DNA of 54,789 bases from an uncultured Methanosarcinales archaeon (GCA_964550945.1 CAZKBD010000003.1:1-54789), one strand, 5' to 3'. Positions 1-9,106 are shown, counted from the stretch's first letter. The notes: generated from the letters alone by a model not told the origin. Program-made: numbers and translations.

Positions 1-41
1 CTCGCCATTGTTATTTTTTGAACTATGAATAAGAAAAAACT

Positions 42-341
42 TTAAGCTAATAGCCCTTCTATCTTCGCTAACTTCTCTCTTTTACATTCTCTTTTTGGAG
101 ATTTCACTAATGACTGGTATGGCTCACCCTGGTATTTGCACTGAAAAAGAGGATTATTGCAAAGAGTGACAATTCCGTGGATACCTGTTGCGTATTTGCA
201 TGGATCATCCCTTGGCAGATTATCAATATACCTATTGAACTCTTCTTGAGTGTTTTCCTTAAAACCGAAAGAATTCTGTATTCTTAGCTCTCTTAGACTC
301 CTCTGTTTCTCTCTAATCCTCTCTAGCTGAGAACTTAACAA
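42..341 (-). CDS. Hypothetical protein (99 aa, several Cys)
   Basis: ORF with a GGGGG SD-like tract and a TTTAAATA TATA-like box upstream; no recognised family. Confidence 0.6.
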   Translation of the reverse strand: MLSSQLERIREKQRSLRELRIQNSFGFKENTQEEFNRYIDNLPRDDPCKYATGIHGIVTLCNNPLFQCKYQGEPYQSLVKSPKRECKREKLAKIEGLLA

Positions 342-403
342 TTTTACCCCCGATTTATGACGAAAGATGCCATCCTATTTAAATTTTTCCAATAAATTTA
401 TAT

Positions 404-562
404 ATGTCAGAAACTTACCACTTAGTCTGTGATTAGTGGCAAGCTTTGCTTGCTTTCAATTTTCGTAGCATGGTAAGTTTCTGAGCATGCTCAAAAACCA
501 CATAAATACTATTAGCCATGCTAAAATCTCGCCGCCCGTCTCGGATGGGTGGTTTTTGACAT
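404..562. repeat. Double-hairpin palindromic element, copy 1 (expanded loops)
   Basis: ATGTCAGAAACTTACCA...TGGTAAGTTTCTGAGCATGCTCAAAAACCAC...GTGGTTTTTGACAT; same scaffold at 12643-12733 and 21635-21680. Confidence 0.85.
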
Positions 563-583
563 CTACAAATACTAACAAAAAAA

Positions 584-1501
584 ATGAAAAAATTGGCTTT
601 ATTTGTGATATTACTTCTGGCTGTTGATATGGCCTCTGCATCAAGCATTTTCCTAAGAGATGTGGTTTATGAAGGCGAGACCAAGATATACAAAACAGAC
701 GATGGAATGTATGTTCTTGAAGTGCTTATTGTTTCAGATTCAGCAAAATCTGTAAAATTCAGATTAAACAACGGACAATCTGATGTGCTGAAGGACGGAG
801 AGAGCTATGAATTTGGCGATAAATCCCAGGTTGTTGTAAACAGCATCACTCCACTAAAATCCAGCAAGGGGCTTGATGAGGTTAATATATACTTTTATGG
901 GTCAGGAAAGGCACCCATACATCTAGAAGATCCTGCGTCATTCAATGCGCAGGAGTTTAATGTTAAGAACTGCAATTTTGATGGGCAGTGCATAAACGAA
1001 ACAAGAGATGACTGCTGCTATGATTGCGGATGTAAAGTAGGATCTATGTGCATAGACGATAGATGCCTCAGAGCGGAGGAATGCTCAAAAAATAGCGATT
1101 GCGCGGATGGGAATTCATGCACAACAGAAGAGTGTGTTAATAGCATCTGCACATACACTCGAAAAGAAGGCTGCGAATTGGGAGATACCTGCATCAGCAT
1201 CGGGCATTCTACTATTGATTCGTATTGCAGCAGCGAGGGCTGGCAAAAACTAAAACAAGCGAAAGACCCGTGCAATAATGATTATGAATGCGCTACAGGC
1301 GTCTGCAAAAGGGATATGTGCAAAAACTCAGGGATCATTGGCAAGATAATTGCCATTAGTCTGCTTATACTGCTGATAATAGCTATAATTTGGGTAAACC
1401 AAAAAGGGTTTTCAGTAATAAATAAAAATTGGGCGCAAAAAGGATTAGAACTGCTCAAAAAGATATTCAAGAGAAGAAAAAAGATAAGGTTTAATTTTTA
1501 G
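584..1501 (+). CDS. Secreted Cys-rich surface protein with C-terminal TM anchor
   Basis: N-terminal signal peptide, disulfide-rich middle region (CSKNSDCADGNSCTTEEC), TM helix and basic tail. Confidence 0.8.
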   Translation: MKKLALFVILLLAVDMASASSIFLRDVVYEGETKIYKTDDGMYVLEVLIVSDSAKSVKFRLNNGQSDVLKDGESYEFGDKSQVVVNSITPLKSSKGLDEVNIYFYGSGKAPIHLEDPASFNAQEFNVKNCNFDGQCINETRDDCCYDCGCKVGSMCIDDRCLRAEECSKNSDCADGNSCTTEECVNSICTYTRKEGCELGDTCISIGHSTIDSYCSSEGWQKLKQAKDPCNNDYECATGVCKRDMCKNSGIIGKIIAISLLILLIIAIIWVNQKGFSVINKNWAQKGLELLKKIFKRRKKIRFNF

Positions 1502-2401
1502 CTACATAGATTCTAGCCTTTTTATCCTTTCATCAATTGGAGGGTGTGTTGCAAACAGGCTTGCAACAAAACTTTTTTTTCTGAAGGGCGTTGAAATGAA
1601 CAGATGAGCGGTTGCCTTGTTTGCTTTGTCTACCAATGGATCAGGGTCTTTTGCAATCTTTTTCAAAGCGCTTGCAAGGCCAGGAGGATAACGAGTGAGT
1701 ATTGCGCCATTTGCATCAGCCATGAATTCTCTTTTTCTGCTGATAGCGAGCTTGATCATCTCGCCAATTATTGGGCTCAATATAGCTAATAACACAGCTA
1801 GGACAATTATGATAATTGTAAAACTACCTGCGCTTTTTGTAGCTCTTTTATTCTTGCCCCCGTATAAGAAGCTTCTTAACAAAAAATCACTAAGAAGGGT
1901 GATTATTCCAACCAATACTACTGTTAACATCATAAACCTTATATCATAATTTTTGATATGCGACATCTCATGGGCAACAACCCCTTCAAGCTCCTGCCTG
2001 TTCATAGCATTTAATAAACCCGTAGTTACTGTTATTGAAGCGTTTTTAGGATCGCGGCCAGTTGCAAACGCATTTAATGCTGAATCATCTATCACATATG
2101 CTTTTGGAGTAGGAATGCCTGCTGAGATTGCCAGGCCTTCAATTGTATGGTAAAGATAAGGATATTCTTTTTTTGTAACTGGCCTTGCGCCAGACATTGC
2201 CAAGATCATCGAATTGCCAGAATAATAGCCGATAAGGGAGTATATCATAGAAAAAATAACTGCCATAACCAGCCCTAAAAAAAGGCTATTGTAAACCAGG
2301 CCAATAACCGCGCCAAGCACGCCAATAAGGAGTATAAAAAAAGAAACAAGAATTAAAGATTTTAACTTATTATTTCTGACCTCATCGAACATTATCTTCA
2401 T
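1502..2401 (-). CDS. htpX: M48 zinc metalloprotease HtpX
   Basis: NAFATG, AHEMSH, SRKREFMAD and THPP motifs; directly downstream of lemA. Confidence 0.95.
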   Translation of the reverse strand: MKIMFDEVRNNKLKSLILVSFFILLIGVLGAVIGLVYNSLFLGLVMAVIFSMIYSLIGYYSGNSMILAMSGARPVTKKEYPYLYHTIEGLAISAGIPTPKAYVIDDSALNAFATGRDPKNASITVTTGLLNAMNRQELEGVVAHEMSHIKNYDIRFMMLTVVLVGIITLLSDFLLRSFLYGGKNKRATKSAGSFTIIIIVLAVLLAILSPIIGEMIKLAISRKREFMADANGAILTRYPPGLASALKKIAKDPDPLVDKANKATAHLFISTPFRKKSFVASLFATHPPIDERIKRLESM

Positions 2402-2414
2402 TTAGAGCACCGGA

Positions 2415-2966
2415 TCAGAACTTTACTTTAATGTTCTTCTTCTCTTCTTCTGCAGCCTCAAACATGGCTTCTTTTTTGAAGCTTAACATGTTTGTGAAGA
2501 TGTTATTTGGGAATGTCTCGATCTTTGTGTTGAAAACCATCACAATGTCGTTATAATGCTGCCTTGAATAGGCTATCTTATTTTCTGTGCCAGTAAGCTC
2601 TTCCTGAAGCTGCAGGAAATTCTCATTAGCTTTTAGCTGGGGATAGTTTTCTGAAACAGCGAATAAAGACTTTAACGTGTCAGATATCATATTAGACGCG
2701 TTTGCTTTTTCTGTCATTGTCGTTGCTTTCATCATTGCAGCTCTTGCCTTGGTTATCTCTGTCAACACCTCTCTTTCGTGCTTCATATATCCCTTTACAG
2801 ACTCTACAAGATTGGGAATCAAGTCATTTCTTCTCTTCAGCTGGACATCAATCTGCGCCCATGAATTTTTGACTTGGTTTCTTAATCTTATTAGTGAATT
2901 GTATAACAAAATCAGAAATAAGACTACTACTCCCAATATAATGCCTATAATCAGTCCTGTCTTCAT
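2415..2966 (-). CDS. lemA: LemA family protein
   Basis: [19 protein letters not shown] and [12 protein letters not shown] motifs. Confidence 0.95.
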   Translation of the reverse strand: MKTGLIIGIILGVVVLFLILLYNSLIRLRNQVKNSWAQIDVQLKRRNDLIPNLVESVKGYMKHEREVLTEITKARAAMMKATTMTEKANASNMISDTLKSLFAVSENYPQLKANENFLQLQEELTGTENKIAYSRQHYNDIVMVFNTKIETFPNNIFTNMLSFKKEAMFEAAEEEKKNIKVKF

Positions 2967-3014
2967 TTAAACCACCTCAAAATGCAATTAATCTGGTTGA
3001 ATTTAAAAAGATTG

Positions 3015-5684
3015 TTATTCTATTATAATAGCTGGCTTTCCAGGCATTGCTTGCTTTCCTTTTTCTTCTTTGCTTTCCTCTGCTTTTTCTACAATAACTT
3101 CGCAGTTAAACTCTTTGCCAATAAGCTCGATGCTTTCCTTAAGATTGCTAAACTCTAACTCCTGGCTCAATACTTCAGCAGGAATCTTAGAAGGATCCTT
3201 GACAAAAGAAGGGATTAACTTAGAGATGTCAGCGCCATATTTTTTCAATTCGCCTTTCATACAAGCAGCGATCAAAGCTTTAATGTCCCTTGTTTTCTCT
3301 AGTTCGCTCTTGAAAATGCCCAAGAATGAATATTTCCATTTTGGGCTGACTATCAACTTAATCTGTTTTGGCTTTTCAACTTTTATTAACCTCAAAACAC
3401 TGTTGATATCTGAAATGGTCTTGCCTATTATCCCTTCCAAAGCATCTAATTTGCTGTTAATCCTGCTTTCATCATAAGCTGGCCATCTTGCCAAAGAGCA
3501 AAAATCCTTATGGCCTAACTTGTTCCATAGCTCCTCGCAGATATGTGGAGTAAAGGGGCTCATCATCAAAACAAGCTTCTCAGCAGATTCCTTTGAAACA
3601 GCCTCTTTGTTGGTGAACCAATTGGTGAACTGCATCAACTCAATTATTGCCTTGCTGAACATCATATCTCCAAAACAGGCAGTTACATTTTTAACAACTT
3701 TGTTCAATTTGCTGGCTTCTTTGTCATTGATTTTTTCTGTAATTTTCTTTTCACTGATTAAACTGAAGAATTTATTCAAAAACCTAAAACTTCCTTCAAT
3801 CCCTTCATCACTCCATTCCATATCCTTGTCTGGTGAAGCAACAAACAATAAAAACAAGCGAGCGGTATCTATCCCATATTTTTCAGCAATCTCTCCAGGG
3901 ATAACGACATTTCCTTTGCTCTTGCTCATAACCACTCCATTTTTATGCAGCATTCCCTGATTAAACAGATTTGGAGCAGGCTCGCCTATCTTCAATAATC
4001 CTAAATCTCTTAAAAATTTTGTAAAGAACCTAAAATAAATCAGATGCATGGTTGCATGCTCTTTGCCGCCAATATACATGTCAATGGGCATCCAATAAGC
4101 GACCTTTTTCTTGTCAAATATCTCTTTATCATTATTTGCATCACAATACCTTAAGAAATACCATGAGCTGTCAACAAAAGTGTCCATTGTGTCTGTTTCC
4201 CTTTTTGCTTTCCCGCTGCATTTAGGGCATTTTGCATTTACAAACTCGCTGCAATGCTCCAATGGATTGCCTTTGCCGATCTCAAATTTGAAATCTTCAG
4301 GAAGCTTTACAGGAAGGTCTTTTTCAGGTAAGGGCACAACGCCGCATTTGTCACAGTATATTATAGGGATAGGGCAGCCCCAGAATCTTTGCCTTGAAAT
4401 CAGCCAGTCTTTTAATTTATAATTAGTTGTCCTTTTTCCCCAGCCTTTTTTCTCTGCGAAATTCGCAATGTCTTCCATAGCATCCCTGTTGTTCATTCCA
4501 TTGAAATCACCAGAATTAACCATAATCCCATCATCAACATAAGCTCTGGACATCTTTTCAACATCCAGCTCCCAATCATCTGGGCTTATAACAACCCTTA
4601 ATGGCAGTTTGTATTTTTTTGCAAACTCAAAATCTCTCTGATCATGGGTAGGAACAGCCATAACAGCGCCGGTCCCATAATCATATAAGGCGTAATCAGC
4701 AGCCCACAACGGGCATTTCTCATTTGTGAATGGATTGATGAAATATTTTCCAAGAAATATGCCGTTCTTTTCTTTTCCTTCTGCTGTTCTCTCAATAATG
4801 CTTTGTTTCTTCACTTTAGAAACAAACTCCTTAACCTCTTTCTCAATCTTTGTTCCCTTTGTCCATTCAATGACCTTGGGATGCTCTGCTGCCAAGACAA
4901 GATATGTTATGCCATAAACAGTATCCACTCTTGTGGTGTATGTTTCAATCTCATCAATCTTTTTTCCTTTTTCGTCAACAACCTCAAACTTTAAAGTGAT
5001 ACCATAACTTTTGCCAATCCAGTTGCGCTGCATCAGCTTGACATCCTCAGACCAGCCGACTAATTTCTCAATATCAGTTAACAATTCCTCAGCATAATCT
5101 GTTATCTTGAAGAACCATTGGTTAAGCTCTTTTGGCTCAACTTCTGTATCAGCATGCCTCCAACATTTACCATTATGGACTTGCTCATTAGCCAGGACAG
5201 TATCACATTTCGGGCACCAGTTAACTGCTGATATTTTCTTATATACGAGCCCTTTCTCATGCATCTTTAAGAAAATCCACTGGTCCCACCTGTAGTATTT
5301 GGGGTCATGAGACATAATCATTCTTGACCAATCATAACTAAGCCCAAGAGCTTTTTGTTGCTTAACAAAACTTTCAATCGCTTTATCTATGAATCTCTTT
5401 GGGTGGGATTTGAATTTAATAGCAGCATTTTCTGCTGGTAAACCAAAGCTGTCATAACCCATTGGATAAAGGACATTAAAACCATTCATTCTTTTGAAAC
5501 GAGCAAATGCATCACCAATGCAATAGTTTCTGGCGTGACCCATATGTAAGGAACTCGAACTTGGATAGGGATACATTTCTAAACAATAAAATTTCTTTTT
5601 ATTGGGTTCTTCCTTAACCTCGAATATTTTGGCCTTCTCCCATTTACATTGCCACTTCTCTCCAATTTCGTTAAAGTCTACCAT
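3015..5684 (-). CDS. leuS: Leucyl-tRNA synthetase (bacterial-type core)
   Basis: PYPS...HMGH, TTRVDT, GTGAVMAVPTHDQRD, DWLISRQRFWG, MDTFVDSSWY and MSKS motifs. Confidence 0.97.
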   Translation of the reverse strand: MVDFNEIGEKWQCKWEKAKIFEVKEEPNKKKFYCLEMYPYPSSSSLHMGHARNYCIGDAFARFKRMNGFNVLYPMGYDSFGLPAENAAIKFKSHPKRFIDKAIESFVKQQKALGLSYDWSRMIMSHDPKYYRWDQWIFLKMHEKGLVYKKISAVNWCPKCDTVLANEQVHNGKCWRHADTEVEPKELNQWFFKITDYAEELLTDIEKLVGWSEDVKLMQRNWIGKSYGITLKFEVVDEKGKKIDEIETYTTRVDTVYGITYLVLAAEHPKVIEWTKGTKIEKEVKEFVSKVKKQSIIERTAEGKEKNGIFLGKYFINPFTNEKCPLWAADYALYDYGTGAVMAVPTHDQRDFEFAKKYKLPLRVVISPDDWELDVEKMSRAYVDDGIMVNSGDFNGMNNRDAMEDIANFAEKKGWGKRTTNYKLKDWLISRQRFWGCPIPIIYCDKCGVVPLPEKDLPVKLPEDFKFEIGKGNPLEHCSEFVNAKCPKCSGKAKRETDTMDTFVDSSWYFLRYCDANNDKEIFDKKKVAYWMPIDMYIGGKEHATMHLIYFRFFTKFLRDLGLLKIGEPAPNLFNQGMLHKNGVVMSKSKGNVVIPGEIAEKYGIDTARLFLLFVASPDKDMEWSDEGIEGSFRFLNKFFSLISEKKITEKINDKEASKLNKVVKNVTACFGDMMFSKAIIELMQFTNWFTNKEAVSKESAEKLVLMMSPFTPHICEELWNKLGHKDFCSLARWPAYDESRINSKLDALEGIIGKTISDINSVLRLIKVEKPKQIKLIVSPKWKYSFLGIFKSELEKTRDIKALIAACMKGELKKYGADISKLIPSFVKDPSKIPAEVLSQELEFSNLKESIELIGKEFNCEVIVEKAEESKEEKGKQAMPGKPAIIIE

Positions 5685-5718
5685 GATACTATCAGAAAGA
5701 ACGCTTAATTTAAAAGAT

Positions 5719-6690
5719 TTACGGTGATATTGATGCGATTATCTCTTCAAAAATTTTTTGTTTCTTTTTATCGGGTATTTTAATAATATTAACTAAGTTT
5801 AAGAGATTATCTTTTCTTGATATTCTTATTTGCATTCGTACTTTCTCTATCCCTTTCTTAGTTGGGTAACTTCCAATATTTTTGACATCATAACCTATCC
5901 CTAAATTATCAAGCATTCTGCATTCATCAATATTCAACTTAAACTCACAAAGATTTTTATTAAAAGACCTTCTCCAAATAATCTCTCTCCTATACTCTTC
6001 AGGTTGATACTTGACTTGCCCTTCATCAGCAATGGTCTGTTCAATCCATCCAAGCATTAATTCCTTATCATCAAATATAAAACCCGGAATCAAGGGATTA
6101 TTAACTGATTTTTCTCCTTTGAAAGAGGTTATTATGTCAAGGACGTCTCTTACTATCGAATTAAATGCAATGAAAAAAGCTCCCCTATTCCTAAATTCTT
6201 TACTTATTTTAGAACCAAATATCTTTTCTGCGTCTTTTACTACAGAATCTCTAAGGGAATCTTCATTATTGTTGTACATAACCCTCCCATAACTAAACCT
6301 TCTCCCAGCCCTGTAACCATTAGTGATACAACCATCATTACAAATAGCAGCGATAAATCTTGCAGAAGCTCTTGAATCGAACTTAAAAGGTAATCTTGGT
6401 TTATTAACACCTAAACTATTGTTATTACCTATCCATATTACCTTTCTTTCAATTTGGTCCAAAGGAATTTTTGTTGATTCCATTATTCTCAATAAAAAAT
6501 CAAGTCTTATCTTTTTATTCTCTTTCCTAACAAACCTTTTTAATGCTGATTTTGAAATTCCAGTTATTCTACTAGCATTAGCAACAGTCCCAGAAATACT
6601 CAATAATTTAGAGAAAATATCATCATGGAATTGTTCTTTTAATATTACATAATTCCTTTTCAAAGGCAATTGGTTTATATGAACTTTCAT
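5719..6690 (-). CDS. Free-standing LAGLIDADG-like endonuclease-fold protein with N-terminal HTH
   Basis: Two LAGLIDADG-like helices (FIAAICNDG, IEQTIADEG) and an HTH (VANASRITGISKSALKR); ATG at 6690 follows GGAGGTGA. Confidence 0.7.
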   Translation of the reverse strand: MKVHINQLPLKRNYVILKEQFHDDIFSKLLSISGTVANASRITGISKSALKRFVRKENKKIRLDFLLRIMESTKIPLDQIERKVIWIGNNNSLGVNKPRLPFKFDSRASARFIAAICNDGCITNGYRAGRRFSYGRVMYNNNEDSLRDSVVKDAEKIFGSKISKEFRNRGAFFIAFNSIVRDVLDIITSFKGEKSVNNPLIPGFIFDDKELMLGWIEQTIADEGQVKYQPEEYRREIIWRRSFNKNLCEFKLNIDECRMLDNLGIGYDVKNIGSYPTKKGIEKVRMQIRISRKDNLLNLVNIIKIPDKKKQKIFEEIIASISP

Positions 6691-6699
6691 ATCATTCAC

Positions 6700-6731
6700 C
6701 TCCAAGATTTCTATTCTCCACAATCTTGGAG
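6700..6731 (-). promoter_or_regulatory. Hairpin overlapping the SD of the LAGLIDADG-like gene
   Basis: 10-bp perfect stem CTCCAAGATT/AATCTTGGAG; its 3' arm includes the GGAG of GGAGGTGA. Confidence 0.6.
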
Positions 6732-6738
6732 ATCCAAT

Positions 6739-6822
6739 AAAAGAGGACGTTAAGCGAAACTGCGTAATAGATTTTCTATATAATGGAAAATCTTAATTCG
6801 GCAGTTTTGCGTGCCCTCTTTT
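6739..6822 (+). repeat. Long imperfect hairpin; right arm recurs at 7507-7546
   Basis: Nested stems AAAAGAGG/CCTCTTTT, GCGAAACTGC/GCAGTTTTGC and AGATTTTC/GAAAATCT. Confidence 0.7.
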
Positions 6823-6995
6823 TCAGAATTTGTGCTTGTTTATAAGTGCTGCGCGTGAATGTCCAGTGCTAATGGTAAAAATCCAAAACTATTTATGTTT
6901 CTATACGACCTAAACACCAAAAAATGGCAAACTCTCAACATTTTCCAAAATACCACCGTAAATTTTATATATAATACCCTATTACTAATGCTACT

Positions 6996-7130
6996 ATGGA
7001 AACAGTAACTATTCCAAAAGTAGAATACGAGAAATTAAAACAATTAGAACAACTCGACTTTGACCTGATTAGGCAATTTGCTAGCAGCTTAGCCGACCTA
7101 AAATGCGGTCGCTTTAAGAGACTTGCTTAA
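6996..7130 (+). CDS. Small antitoxin-like protein (44 aa, not in ORF track)
   Basis: METVTIPKVEYEKLKQLEQLDFDLIRQFASSLADLKCGRFKRLA*; TTTTATATA box upstream; resembles short archaeal RelB-like antitoxins. Confidence 0.65.
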   Translation: METVTIPKVEYEKLKQLEQLDFDLIRQFASSLADLKCGRFKRLA

Positions 7131-7431
7131 TAATATCTTCAGCTGCAGTTCTGAATTCATCTAAATTCCCTTTTATATGGTCTATAGTGGCTTGTTGATC
7201 TTTCTTACCGCTAGTGGCTACTAAGAGTACTAGCTTCAGATCATCATAAACCAAATAATAAACTCTTCTTTCTTTTACTCTTTTCTCCCTCAAAAATTTA
7301 TATCCTAATGGCGAACCGCCATATGGATTCATATAGAGTTGTTTCGGAAATTTTTCAGCAATCAACTTATCTGCTCTAGGCCACTTATTAAGCTCTTGTA
7401 AATAAGTGTCAGTTCCAATAACCTTGAACAT
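7114..7431 (-). CDS. RelE/ParE-like toxin
   Basis: 105 aa; NPYGGSPL...LREKR...RRVYYLVY..LVLLV pattern typical of the RelE fold. Confidence 0.65.
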   Translation of the reverse strand: MFKVIGTDTYLQELNKWPRADKLIAEKFPKQLYMNPYGGSPLGYKFLREKRVKERRVYYLVYDDLKLVLLVATSGKKDQQATIDHIKGNLDEFRTAAEDIIKQVS

Positions 7432-7662
7432 TTTAGATTGAATTAATCAGGATTACTATAAATAGTTAACTAAATCATATCCCTAGAGTCTGCCATTAAA
7501 GTCTTCAATTTGGCAGTTTTGCGTGTCCGATTTTTAGAATTAGTACACTACTAAATAAAAAAGCCAGAAAAATGTCAAAGGTTCAGATTATTAATAGAAA
7601 TGGCTAAAATGTTCTAAAACAATATCAAAATCTGCTCCAGATAAAATAGATAAAAAAATAAT

Positions 7663-7860
7663 TTAAAACTTCTTAAACTCAGCCGATGTGTCAATAAGAT
7701 CAACATGGCCTAAAAACAAAGCCCTGCAGCAGTATCTTTCTAAGCCTAACTCGTCCATCACTTTTTTCCTGTCTTCTCCTTTTTCAACTCTCTCTTTAAA
7801 TTCTTCCCACAAATGGCCTACTGGTTTGCCGCATGCATAACATCTTATTGGAATTATCAT
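7663..7860 (-). CDS. rpoN: RNA polymerase subunit N (Rpo10)
   Basis: MIIPIRCYACGK...LERYCCR. Confidence 0.97.
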   Translation of the reverse strand: MIIPIRCYACGKPVGHLWEEFKERVEKGEDRKKVMDELGLERYCCRALFLGHVDLIDTSAEFKKF

Positions 7861-7864
7861 CTTC

Positions 7865-8266
7865 TCACCTGTAGCTTTTTTGAACCTTTGCCCTTGCCTG
7901 GCCGTGCCTGTTTGGTTTTGAGGCCTCTTTCCTTCTTACATCTGCTACTAACAGACTCCTATCGTATTTCAAAAATATATCCTTTAATCGCTCACTTTTT
8001 GAATATTCATACAATGCTTTTGCAATTGCCAATCTTGAAGCGTCTGCCTGCGAGCTTATACCACCGCCTTGCACATTGACATCTATGTCCACTTTATCAA
8101 TCAACTCTTTGGCTAGTATCATTGGCTCTCTTAATCTTAGCCTGTATAATTTTGGCTCATAAATATCTAAGGGGGTTTTGTTTACCCGGATAAGGCCTTT
8201 CCCTTCTCTTAAGGTAGCCCTTGCTACTGCAGTTTTTCTCTTTCCTGATGTGTTTATAATTTTCAT
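7865..8266 (-). CDS. rps9: 30S ribosomal protein S9
   Basis: SGKRKTAVARA, GGGISSQA, ARAKVQKSYR; ATG overlaps the rpl13 stop. Confidence 0.97.
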   Translation of the reverse strand: MKIINTSGKRKTAVARATLREGKGLIRVNKTPLDIYEPKLYRLRLREPMILAKELIDKVDIDVNVQGGGISSQADASRLAIAKALYEYSKSERLKDIFLKYDRSLLVADVRRKEASKPNRHGQARAKVQKSYR

Positions 8267-8682
8267 ATCTTTGCACCCAATGATCTGCAAATATCTTTTA
8301 TAGTTATGTAATGGATATTTTTTTGAGATAAAGCGGCGGTTTTGATTTTTATATGCTCTCCTTTTAAGTTGTCAGGAGCGCCCTGATAACATTTTATGTT
8401 CTTTAAAGCAATTTCTCCTCTTTCTCTCTTGCGGGGCAGCATGCCTCTAACAGTCCTTTTAAAGAATTTCTCAGGATTTTTGTATAAAAATGGCCCTTTG
8501 CTAGGAATTCCTCGGTCATAACTTTGCTTGTATTTAGCTATTATCCCTTTTCTGTCACCTATCACTATTGCTTTTTCACAATTAATTATGTCTATCTTGT
8601 CTCCTAATAATGCTCTCTTAGCTATGAAAGAAGCGGCTCTTCCAAGTATAAGATTTTCAGCGTCTATTATCATTTTAACCAA
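8263..8682 (-). CDS. rpl13: 50S ribosomal protein L13
   Basis: IIDAENLILGR and RTVRGMLP motifs. Confidence 0.96.
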   Translation of the reverse strand: MVKMIIDAENLILGRAASFIAKRALLGDKIDIINCEKAIVIGDRKGIIAKYKQSYDRGIPSKGPFLYKNPEKFFKRTVRGMLPRKRERGEIALKNIKCYQGAPDNLKGEHIKIKTAALSQKNIHYITIKDICRSLGAKI

Positions 8683-9037
8683 TTATCCTTATTCTTTTGC
8701 CCTTAGGGCTTTCTTTGGATATCTCATCTAGAGCAACAACCTTTGCTCCTGCTTTGATTATTTTATCCAAAGCACCTTGTGAAAAATTAAGAGCAGCAAT
8801 AGTCAACTTGTGATCAAGGGTTCCAGAGCCAAGCACTTTACCTGGGACAACAATAGTCTCATTCTCTTTAGTATGCCTGCTAATCCTTGACAGGTTGACA
8901 GCCCTCCTTTGTCTTGTTGGCTTTTCTAGGTCTTCAGCGATTCTTTTCCATAAGTTAGCATCCTGCTCAATAGACCTTTTCTTTAACTCACTAATCAAAT
9001 CGTTCAATATCGGGTTTGTTGGTCCTGTTCGTTTCAT
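8675..9037 (-). CDS. rpl18e: 50S ribosomal protein L18e
   Basis: AVNLSRI and VVPGKVLGSG motifs; the start may be the GTG at 9052. Confidence 0.95.
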   Translation of the reverse strand: MKRTGPTNPILNDLISELKKRSIEQDANLWKRIAEDLEKPTRQRRAVNLSRISRHTKENETIVVPGKVLGSGTLDHKLTIAALNFSQGALDKIIKAGAKVVALDEISKESPKGKRIRIIG

Positions 9038-9106
9038 TTCTAATGGTTTCACCCTATAGGGTGTCTTTTTGTTTTTTTATTTTATTTTTTGTGATGTATC
9101 CTAAAA

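Noticed and set aside
433..648. Short - strand ORFs 433-648 and 456-644
   Set aside because: They run through the palindromic element and overlap the start of the 584 gene; the FLSMLRN peptide is just the element read-through.
5719..6723. LAGLIDADG ORF as an intein or intron-encoded part of leuS
   Set aside because: It has its own SD, start and stop; there are no N-terminal Cys/Ser or C-terminal His-Asn splice residues; leuS is intact; no flanking exons were found.
7547..7662. tRNA-Pro often found after rpoN in archaea
   Set aside because: No cloverleaf or T-loop motif in this interval.
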